DNA of 64,000 nucleotides from Phoronis australis (lineage: Eukaryota > Animalia > Phoronida): assembly GCA_002633005.1 (NCBI GenBank), contig NMRA01000196.1, positions 418,824-482,823 of the forward strand. The letters run 5' to 3'. The position numbers and the translations under genes are program-made. Shown in pieces: positions 44,201 to 56,200 of this stretch (positions are counted from its first letter, which is position 1; each line of letters starts with the position of its first letter). The notes beneath the pieces are model-generated. The model saw only the letters and a program-made list of their open reading frames with translations, had not been told where the DNA came from and searched no databases.

Positions 44201-47200
44201 TTGCACTCATGGAAAAAGTGGAAAATGGTATGATGATTAAAATGTGGAAAACGACCTTTATTTTGCCAGAGATGCATTGCATGTTCATTCTCAACTATGC
44301 TAGGCAATAACATAACTAAAATTATTCCATGTCTATATTAATTTTGTAATTGAAGATGAAAATTTTATCACAAAATTTTTTTTAGAAAACTCTTTAAAAC
44401 TGCAAACGCAGTTTGAGTGAGATCCTCGAAACTGATCCCTGCAGTACAAAGCCGAGACTAATTTTGGTAAATTCTTCAATTGAAGGTCTACCATGTTGTG
44501 AGGAATCACCGGACAGCAGGTGCCGTGACGAATGCCGCCGTTTGCTGGTCTCGGACAAAACAGACGATGAGATCCTGAACATCTTATCGGAGACATGTTC
44601 TCAAGTGAATCCATCAGACGGTGGGATGTGGGAGTGTTTCTTCCGTATGTCTGATCCCCAAGTGAGAGAACCAGACACAGATCCAGTTCACACCATCGAC
44701 ACTGTCGGCATAGACAGTGCTAAGCTGCAATGCTGTGTTCACGCTTCCAGCAGAACTTGTCAGGATCTCTGCACACAGGTCAGTAAAGATTGATATTACC
44801 TATATAATAATAGTACGCTTTGCTACTTTTCTTCCAGACTGAGCACTTTTCCTTGGCAGTTAATCATTACACAAGAACAGCTGAAGTACGGCTATTTAAG
44901 TTAAGTGTACTTGGGCTAAACTGGCAAATTCTGTTTTGGTTTTTAGTACATCACAGTTTTGTGCTTTGAATTCAGTTCTCCGAAAAGTTTTGCACACATA
45001 TTAGAGCTATCCTGCACTAATGATATACACATACATACACAAAATCACATAATTAAATGGTTCACCGCATTCTTATTATTTTACAGACCTACAGCAGTCA
45101 GTTTTCAAAGTGGCCTGAACTGAACTCGAAATGTCTGCAGATTTCCAAAGAACACAAGATGAAAGACTGTTTGGATAGACGTAAGTCTTCGTTGCTTGAA
45201 TTGGTTGAAGACAGTTTATTTCCAAATTTTTATAGATTTTTGGAGAAAAATCTAGGCTGACCAGATGCTGTGAATGTTCAGTTGCTACAAGTTTTTAATT
45301 TTAAGAAAACCCTTGACAGATGAGAATAAGTCACCTCCTCAATGGAAAATATATGCGTTTCTTTTCAGATGACTAACCGTAAAGTAAGCTTGCTATACAA
45401 AATATTTATTTGCTACCTGACAAGTTTATCAGTTTAGTTATAAAAACAAAGTATTCGGCCAGCAAAAATCAACGTGCCTGGTGTGACGTAGGTATAAGGT
45501 ATGGGGTGGTGCTATCCGCCAGCAGTAAGGTTGACCTTATTTCATATAAAGACCTTGTAGCACATGTTTTAACCCTCATTTAATATTGTTAGAACATGTT
45601 ATTCCGAAACCATGAGTGCCTACAGGTTAATCCTAACAAAATCCATAGATGAAAAATTCCTAAAAATCATCACTTGTCACTAAGGGCTGTTCCAGCAAAA
45701 TCTGTATGGGAGGGGGGAAGGCACTTTTATTTCATACCCACCGCCCATATTTTTCATTTATTTATCCAACCCATGACCCATAATTTTTTAATTATTTTTA
45801 ATAGGTTAAAATATAAAATCCAACACTTGCAAACAAATTGCCTCCAGGAGGACCTGTTAAGAACTTAGATGATTGACAGACAAGAACTAGTTGTCTTGTC
45901 CAATATTGTCAAAAACTAGAGTAGCCTGTGAGCAATACTTTTGGCAGCCACCAGGTGTCTCTGTTAATTTCAATGCACATTTTTTCAATTATAAGGATCT
46001 ATGAATCTCAAACTGTCTCCACGAACTCTTTTATACTTCTATGTCAAGTGAATATTGGAACTTGTTTATCTTACTCCTCATACTTTTTATTTAAAAATCA
46101 TCAATTTTCTTATATGTGTTAACACCAGTTTAGTGTTGCATAACTTTTCAATTCAATAGGACTGCAGACAAACAGTTGGCTCAAATCAAGTTGCCCATGA
46201 CTTGATCAATGGCTCAGTGAACATATTGCACTCTGTTAACTGGCAATATGGGCTTTTTTGTACTGGGATAAGTTAGGATTTTTGAGATTTGATGGCTGAA
46301 GTAACCAACGTGACAACATTTACAGGGCAAAAATACCACCCATTTTTAATGCATCACTTCTTACAGGAACAACCACCCATAATTTGAGTTTTTTTCTGAA
46401 GACCACCACCCATGAATTTTTATTTCTACTGCCGTCCCCCCCCTCCCACACGGATTTTACTGGAACAGCCCTAACTGGAGCCAAGTGATATTCTGCCATG
46501 TTAGATTTGCCGCTATGTCGGAAGTCAGATTCATTAAGGAACGATTGAATAACATTAGGCCGACTATTTGACTGGGCTAAGTGTGTTTTACTGGCAGTAA
46601 TTTTTCTGGTTGAGTACAAACATAACAACGAGCATAGAAAAAATAAACGATAAATAAGTAAAATTGCTATACAACTAGAATATGCTGACAGTTAAACTTA
46701 CGAAAATATTGAAAATAAATTTAGACAGGTTTCTGGTGGCTTTGTTAGGCAACTGACGACCAACAATGAACAACAGAATACCAACTGCTGGTGAAATAAC
46801 TTCAGAAAGAAAAATTGGTATGGTGCGAAACGATATGGAGTATAGATATCAATGAGTTTAAAGTAGAAGGAAGAATTTCCATTCAGCCTGAATCATTCAT
46901 ATAAGCTACTAAGTTGTTGTCACATTTTATACATATGCTTTGTCTAATTATTGAAAATGAAAGTCAGTTATGCAACCAATTATTTTCCTGGTGAATTGAC
47001 ACATGGCAACTGATGACCGGAAAAATTTGCCGGTTGTCGTGTCTCTGCAACAAAAAGCAAGCACAGGTGCACGTTTTTGCAATACAGGTTAGGAGTACAC
47101 TGTTTTGAGACAAAACATATTTTCTTTGGTGAAACATCACTGTGTGTGTGGACGTTCTTTTTGTCTGCTTTAAATTTTTAATGGCCAGTAAAGCCGGTGC

Positions 47201-50200
47201 CGATTATGCTGCCAAGTTATGCAGATCAAATGCGCTCACACGTAGTCACACTGCAATTACTTTTACGTTACATCAGTTTCATTATGTGGCGATAAAGAAA
47301 GGACATTTGCCATTCTAGAATGGTTTTTTCTGTCATTTATTACCAGAACAGGCACTGACTTGCTGAAATTTGATGTACCCTCATGATGAGTGAAGCCCCT
47401 CAGTAGTGTTAGCCGTGGAAGACGCGATGTATTCACAAACTTATGATTACATTAAATACCATTGATGTGTGCAAAGAATAATAACCAATAAATAATCAAG
47501 TATGTATGAAAAGTACAAAAATGAGAATCAAAAACAACCAAACAAAATAACACTTTTCCCCCACAGTGATATCAATACATTTTCAAGAGCACTGTGGCCA
47601 TCATTAAGGAATCGTGTTCCTTAATTGATGATTTACTGTTCTCGGCCTAGTTACAAAATTGTGCTCTAATAACATTAAGGAGGCAAACATGCCATTATTA
47701 CCGTTTGAGATGATGACTTTATATAAGGCCAAAAAATAACACAAATGGTTCTGCGAGTCTGCGCCCTACTGACATTACGTGCCTCTCAAAGCTGACATCA
47801 GGAGATGGGACTAGTTAAAAAAGATTTTTTTGTGACCATTTCAGTCAGCTGGTGTAAGGGCATCTAAAAATACCATTACATTATGTCATTCATCAGTGTT
47901 CAAAGAATGGTAGAACAAATCCTGCCATTTTTGGCCTGACAGTTAAAGGTGCATTTCTCTCTGTTTAGACAGTCCTCATGGCATAACCATGTTAACATTC
48001 TATTTCTGTTACCACCTCAAATCACAGGCAACACGTACGCGTGCCATTTTTGACTTTGAAAGTTTGAAGTTGGCCAACCCTAATAGAGTCTGAAGCGTTA
48101 TCTTGAGTCGCTGGGGATGTTGATTTCTTTGCTTATGAAAATAGAAATCTATCGAAGATTATTTTTCATGAGAGAAAAATATTATTAATTTGATTTTTGT
48201 CGTAATATTGCAACCTGCTTTCAGTGGAGACTCCCTGCCGTCCCGGATGCACTGGTCTCAGCTATTGTACAAACTTCAATGACCGCCCATCTGAGTATTT
48301 CCGTAGCTGTAACGCTCAGTCGGACCGTGATGCAAAAAATTTACTTACCTCGAAGAGCATCATCTCCTATCTTCAGGACTCTGTGTCAGGTAAAAAACAT
48401 GAGCATTATCAAGTTGACACGTTTTTGTTTCAGACTTTTGTGGTTTAGGTTTTCAGAAAATTTCGTAATTCATATTTCAGTCTTTATTTTGTAATCAATG
48501 AATTACGCCAAATTCACACCTGATGTAAAACCAGAGCTAATGGAACAGAGATGTTATGATTCATTATTGTTACCAGTAATTTTGATGCTTCATTTCTTTT
48601 CCAGTAAATAAAGAATGCAATCCAGAGTTTTGGAAGGCGTTAGCTTGTACTTATTATATCAAGCCCTGTCACAAAAAATCATTGGAGTCACATGTCTGCA
48701 GGTATGTTATCGTAACACAATTTCACCATGATAGACTGTCCCGAAAAGGTTTGCAGGCTAATCGAAATTCCTGAGCTAAGGACTAGTCTTTGTGAAATTT
48801 CACATCTGCACATAAGCTGATGGCTTTAAGATAGTGTATTGCCTACTAACAAATCTAGAGGTTTGTTTTCACTCTCCTGATGGACCAGCCTATAGAAGTG
48901 AGCCATAACAGCATGTCCAAATTATACAAAAAACTGTGTTTAGAGCAATTATAGCTGGTTGTAAATCTTTCTAATTTGTAACTGTTATGTAATTTTTACC
49001 ATTAATACCCGCAGTTAAAATTGTTGTAACCTCAGTTCGTGGTTTTAGTCACCAGTTGTCAGTGCTACAGCTTTCGGATTCACCCCAGTTACTTAGTGCC
49101 CCCGTGCGCCATAACATGTTCCAACAAGATTTGACAGCAGCACCACCGTCTGAGTTTTAACTTTTGCAACTGCCATGTCCACACTGAGTTAAACCACCCT
49201 CATAGAAATGGATTTTTTTTTAAAAATACATCTGTTCCCTGCATAATCAGAGTCTATGGTTAAGAATGGTCGTGGTAGGTGTGTGTTTCCATAAGCCCAA
49301 AATTTGTTAGTTATGGTCTGTGTTCTTTTGAAAATCAAATGGGGGGTGTAGTTCATACTGTGAGTTATACGCTTCCAAGGAAGTCACGCATTTCTAAAGA
49401 TATGTGGGAATTTTCACCACTCGTCCTTCTGAGCGGCTTGTACTAGGATCAAAGAGAGCATGGCGCCCGGCCGGTATCAGGTACAATTGTGATGACTGCA
49501 TTGCCCGATGCGAGCAAGACCCAATTAAATTTAATTATCGAACCATAAACTGTATTAGACATCTCTGTCTGTACATAATGGCGAATTTTCAAAATGCATT
49601 AACCACTAATTTTCATTATAAACGAACACCACGGTGGTATTCAGCTGGAAAATAAAACCAAGTACGGTTTTTGATTTTTAAAAATCGATGAACTAATAAT
49701 CTAAAAACTACAACCATTGGGTACAATTGAAGATAAACTACCGCGCGTATTGATATACTCGGTGGATATACAAACGCTGATCAGAGTTAACAATATCACA
49801 TGGATTCATTTTTTAATATTCTTTCAATCTCGTTGAACCAAATTTTTGACCAGGAAACAGTTGTTGTTCCCACTTTTCATTTTTTATTACTGACAAAGAG
49901 CTACGAATAGTTATATAGTCAGTGCCACCGAAATTGTCCAGAGATTCCAAATCTTCAGTTTGGTTATCACCATATTTGCACTTTTGTATATATTTTATGA
50001 TTTGAGTTCTAATAAAGATTAAACTTGAATGACATGTGAAATGTTTAGTGTACCTGTAATATGGTACATTTAGGGATGGGCTCACAATGAACTTAACTAA
50101 TTAAGTACTAGTCCACGAGAGCACCAGCCATGAGCGGCAAGGTGGGGGTCAGCCGATTTTCACCAAATTTGGCACATAGGTAGTCCTATGGGATCTATAA

Positions 50201-53200
50201 ACAGCGGTAAAATATTTCTTGAAAATATTGCGTTTTTCTAAAGTTATAGGCTCAAACACATTTTACGGCTTCGCAGCCATGTTTTCACGGTATAAAAACT
50301 GTCCNGTTGTTGTTCCCACTTTTCATTTTTTATTACTGACAAAGAGCTACGAATAGTTATATAGTCAGTGCCACCGAAATTGTCCAGAGATTCCAAATCT
50401 TCAGTTTGGTTATCACCATATTTGCACTTTTGTATATATTTTATGATTTGAGTTCTCATAAAGATTAAACTTGAATGACATGTGAAATGTTTAGTGTACC
50501 TGTAATGTGGTACATTTAGGGATGGGCTCACAATGAACTTAACTAATTAAGTGTAGCTGGCGATTAAAATCTATCACTGTTTTGGTACTTAATGTTCAAA
50601 ACTTAGATGAAAAGTTATCAACCCGTTCCCGGTAAGAAAAAAAAATGGACAGAAGCATTAAAAATAATTAAAATGAAGAAAACCAATATGAAACTTTAAT
50701 CGTTCCATTGGGAAGTGGCCCTCTATGAAGATGAACACAAGTTAACCTTTTTAGTAATTTTTATGCGCCTTCATATTTATAATATTGCCGTCATCTCTGT
50801 CCGGCATCCGCGGCTGTATCTCCTAAACCCCTTGCAGGATCGTATTGAAATTTGGCAGGTGTGTTTCGATGGGGTTGGCGACAGAGGGCGACGAGTTTCG
50901 GACCGACCCGAACACCATTGTGTCCCCTGGTGGCAATTTTAGTTGTTTACGTTTGCCTCTGTATCTTGAAAGGTCCTCAACCGATTTTTATGAAATTCGG
51001 CACATAGGAATCTATTAATGAGGTGACGCAATCCTTTTGTTTTCGTATGGATTCGAGGTATTTTGCGCCACCTAGTGGCTATTTTTACTGTTTTTGGCGT
51101 CCATCCCTCCGCTCAAAGGATGATTGCGAAAATTGTTGTGTATGTTCTTACTATGAAGTGGACGGCTGACGATGGTTTTCTGACGACTTCAACTACTGTG
51201 GCGCCTCCTAGTGGCAATTTGTTTTTGCTCCTATGGCTGTATCTCCTAAACTGTTTGCAGGATCTTTACTAAATTTAGTAAGTGCATTTATATGATGTTA
51301 ATAATGCAGGATGACGACTATCAAACAGATCTGACTGCTGGTGTGCCACCTAGTGGCAATTTTATTTTTTTAGGTTTACCTCTCTATCTTCGAAGGTCCT
51401 CAATGTATTTTCATAAAATTTGGCATACAGGCATCTGTTAATGAGGTGATGCCATCTCTCCATGTTCAAATGGATTCGACCTAGTTTGCGCCACCTAGTG
51501 GCCATTTTTACTGTTTTCGAGTCAGTTTTTTGGCATCCACTCGTCTATCAACCAAACCGCTTTCAGGATAAATGTGAAAATTGGCTTGTATGTTTTAACT
51601 ATGAAGTGGACAGCTGACAATGATTTTCCAACTTCGATTACTGTGGCGCCTCCTGTTGGCAGTTTTTTTTGCACTCATGGCTGTATTTCCTTAACCGTTT
51701 GCAGGATCTTTACTTGATTTAGCAAGTGTATTTATATGATGTTGACAGCGAACAACGATGACTTTCGGATGGATCTGACCACTCCTGTGCCCTCTAGTGG
51801 CAATTTTAGTTTTTTATGTTTACCTCTGTATCTTCAAAGGTTCAAAACAGATTTTCATAAAATTTTGAATATAGGCATCTATTGAAGAGATGACGCTTTG
51901 CTCCTGTTTTTGGATGGAATCTAGGTATTTTGCACCACCTAGTGGCCATTTTTGCTGTTTTCAAACCCTGGTCAAACAAACCCTTCTAGGGATGGTTTTG
52001 AAAATTAAAATGTTCTTAGTGTGGAAAGGATGTAAGTCGTTTGATGATGGCGACTGACTACTGTGGCGCATTCTAGTGGTAGCTCTGTTTTGTTTTGCAT
52101 CCACAGCTGTATTTGGATGGATTGTACGTTTTTGCGCCATCTAGTGGCCATTTTTATGATACCAATAAATAACCCTAAAAGCACATCATTTGCGATGCAT
52201 TCGTGGGCGCATTCCAATGCTCTTTTGTAATGTTTATAACATACCAAGTTAAAACTACTCTCCATAATTGCAGGCTATAACTCTGCAAATGTTGGAGAAA
52301 TCCAAATTGGGGGTACTAACAACAACCATTGTTGAGACAGTAATGCTAGCAATTACATTTTCACTTCATCAGCTCAGATCTACTTCAATACAAAGGGCGT
52401 GCTGAATAGGCATCGTAAAAGTTGTCTGGGCTTAGGGAATCAGAGTGGTCACCAGTGTAAGCGAGAAATTCTCCACATGTTTTCTTTATTTCTCACTTTC
52501 AAAAAAGGAAATCTATCCGAGACTGGAAAAAAATCATGTGGGATTTTTTTGTTTTACTTATCGCGTGGCATTCACAGAATTTCAAGCCATGCTTATGTGC
52601 CTCAGAACAACTTTTCAGAAAAACAACAGAACTTGGCTGAAATTTATGGGGCGGCAGAGTTTTTTGATACTTTTGTTAATTTGTGTACTCAGACAGGGTT
52701 TTTTTGTTACGGGTCTGGAAATGAATCAGGCAACAAACCAAAACGAACTTTATTTTTTGCTTAACACAGTTTTTAATATTCTACCTCTAACTCTGACTAG
52801 TCGAAATAAACCCAGTTTCCGCATTTTAAAGCACCTCGTTTCCGTTTGGTGAATCAAAACACATTTGGGTGCTTGTCCGAGCATGTGTAATCAAAATATT
52901 TCAAGTATGTGAGTGAAGATAGTTGCTTGGATGCAAATAAGGGTGTTGTCATAACTCATATGTTGATGGTATAGTCAGGAGCTGGTGAGAACAGCGATTA
53001 GGTGTTGTAGCAACTTGGGAGAATAAACTCAGTTTTAATATGTTTATGCTACATATGTGTACAAGAGGTGTTAAACAGCTGACAATTAAATGTCTAATTT
53101 TTGTTTCAGGTCGGACTGTGTGCGAATGATGACAAAATGTGTCGTTAACTTCCCATTAGGAATGACTGTAGAAAATGTCTGTGACCAGCTGGGCTCAATC

Positions 53201-56200
53201 AGTGACAATGGTTCTTGTATATCACCTACAAATTATCTGGGTGAGCAGCTGGTATTTGTTGACTTAACAAGCAATTGCACAATTCTCACTCTAACTTCAA
53301 TACAGAATGTTTTAGTAACAATTTTTTGTTCACCCTATTTAACAGAGGGCAACGTTCATATTTCTGTAAAAACTGCAGCCACATTTCTCCAGTGTTGATA
53401 ACGATTCTTAGTGTGTTACTGCGTTACTTGTGTCTCGATCTAAAAGCAACATGTTACGAGCTCGAGGTTACTTTTGCGAATACAGGTGAAGCTTACTGGA
53501 GCATCACGTTCAGTAGAGTGTTGGTAGTTTAAGTGTAAAGTGTTAAAATTTTGTTAAAACCTTTTAATCTAATGTATTAGTCATTATTTTCAGTAGTCCA
53601 GCACACCTTGTTAATTTTGAGCAACAGCTCGAAATATTAGGTTTTATGTCAACGTACGTCTTCATGAACTGTGTGTACCCAAAGATTAAAGACTTAATTA
53701 GAAGCCAGCATATTTTCTATTCTGCTAATCACAACATGTTGGCTCTTACTCACATGAGGTGTCCCGATCACTTGGAGTCTGTTTCGGCATCCACATGCCA
53801 ATGTCACCTGTTCTAAATGCAATCAGTATGCGTCTATCTATATTTAAAGTGAGCATGTCGTGACTTGGCATCTGTGTTACTATAACTCCAAATGATATGA
53901 TTTTACACACATAGCGTGGATGTCGTGAAGTCATGCCGTAAATCATTACAGGATGGCATTTCATTTTTTGTCCATGTTTTGGTGGTGCAGACAATACACT
54001 AAACCCTTTCTTACCCCATTGCAGAGGAGAGTATTGACAAGTCGCACCGATTGGAAGTGACCCATCCATGTAGCCCCAATCCTTGCAATGCTAGTCAAGT
54101 GTGTATGGTCAACAGAAGAAAGTGCCGGCGTGGTCACCCCTGCAAACCCTATGTTTGCCATGGTGGTAAGTAAAATTTTGCATAGCATTGACTAGATCAT
54201 TACAAATATCTGTTTTCCAGACCTAGGTTTTCAAATACTGTTATTACCGTAAACGTTCGGGTTAACGCCCTGGGCGGTTAAATTGGCAAACCCAAAAAAT
54301 CGGGGGTGGCCGGTTAACCAGACATGGGCGCTTAAATGTGAAATTTCAAGAAATCCAGCCCTTGCAAGATCTTTGTGCAATTTGATAGGCTTTTTTCTAT
54401 GAACACAATGCTGGATGAGCATGACTTACAGACACATTTGGCTATTGGTGTGCCATCTAGCAGCAATTTTATTTTTTGTGTTTGCACAATGTGTCTTTAT
54501 GAAACTTGGGCTATATGTTTGTATCACGATTGAGGTGTCACCAGACAATGTTTGGATAACTCTATCTACGGCGTTGCAATGCGCCCAAGCGATAATTTTA
54601 CTGTTTTCATGAACATTTTTGGCTAGCATCAATTTCTACCTACCAATTTCAAAGAAGGATCACAATGAAATTTGACAGACAGTTCTAAGCGAGGAGACTG
54701 TGCAACTTTGATACCCAGACACTCGCTGGTTCCCTGCATGTAGAGAACATGCAGGTATCATTCAGTAGCATGCGTTTTATCACTGATTGATGTAACCTCA
54801 GCAGTCATTGATTAGCTTTACAACGAAGAAAGAAAATGGTGGACTATGATTTTAGTCTTGTTTATGCAAGTGGCGTAACATGAACTATTTCATTTCTGCA
54901 GTAATGCTTAATATAAAGCCACGTGCTTGAAGCACATACATGTACAATAAACAGTGTGTTATTCATACTGTGTGAATACAGGTCAGCAACTTAAACAAAA
55001 ATCAGCGACAGTAGAAAATGCATTCCCGAAAAGGCGCAACCACAATTTCTGGGATTCACATTTCTTGAACATGAATTAAGCACCGATTTGTCTGTACAAC
55101 ATGCCACATTTGCATTTCCTCCATCAGTCATTCCAGTTTGTTTGCATTTAGCACTACCTGTTGAGAATTCGAGATGAGCCAATCAGAAACGCCGGTGTAA
55201 AAAAATTTCCCCAAGGAAAGTTAAATGGTACCTGCTTGTTCTCTACCCCTACGGACACGCAGTGTACCGGCGAGTTCTGGACAAGGCTGACAACTGTTGT
55301 GCCCCCTTGTGGCAATTATGTTGTTGCACTTCAACATCTACAAAGTTCATCTGTCAAACAATCGTCATGTAGTTCATGCCTTTTAATGAGAGGATGGTTC
55401 ATGTTGACTTTCGGGCGACTCTGACTACTGCTGTGCCCCCTTATGCCAATTTTTAGAAAATATACACTGAGAGTGTTGGCAAGTCAAGAGGAGTTAATAT
55501 CTTTTAAAAGTGCTTTATTGAGAGACTTGAAACATTTCTCATTGACATTCTCACAGTTCTTCTCTGTTTCAGTTCTAAAAATAAAAAACAAAATGCATAG
55601 CAAACCTCACAGATACAGACAAAATACAAATTCGGAAATACCAAATATGAAAGTACCGTGAAAAATACCTCAATACTGCAGCTTCCTGGCTCTCCTCACT
55701 GACGCCAAATATGCACTGCCACAATGTAAGTGAATCAAGTCAGCGCACTACAGTTATACTGAAATGAGGGTCAGGTCACATGCAAATTACATTCAGTCTA
55801 TTCAGCCATGAACATACACGTGACCATGAGCCACCCGGAGCAAACAAACGTGAAGTATCTTACATACACTACTTAGTCTTTGCCATTTGTGATGCACACT
55901 GCGGGTGTATATTATTGCCCTGTAGTTATTGTTTTTGTTGTTGACATTATTACTTTTATAAGTCCCGGAACTAAAATCCGTAATCTTTTCAGGGTGTCTA
56001 CTTGGGGAGGCCAGCTCCACGTCTGTTCCGCACAGTACTCACGTATTGATTCCCAACCCCAGCAGAGAACATGCAGCACAACTGAAGTGTCACAAGATCT
56101 GTCATTGTGGTCATCGTGGAGTGCTGGGTGGTTGCATTGATGTCGACTGTGTGCGCTCAGATAGCTGTCTAGTGAGAAGCCAGATCTTCGGTATGTTTTT

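Noticed and set aside
52399-52852. Overlapping 121-aa and 135-aa ORFs
   Set aside because: No recognisable motifs, and they are not needed for the RECK frame because 48701 joins 53110 in phase.
54245-54610. Tc1/mariner-like element starting TACCGTAAA
   Set aside because: The left end is plausible but I found no convincing matching right TIR.
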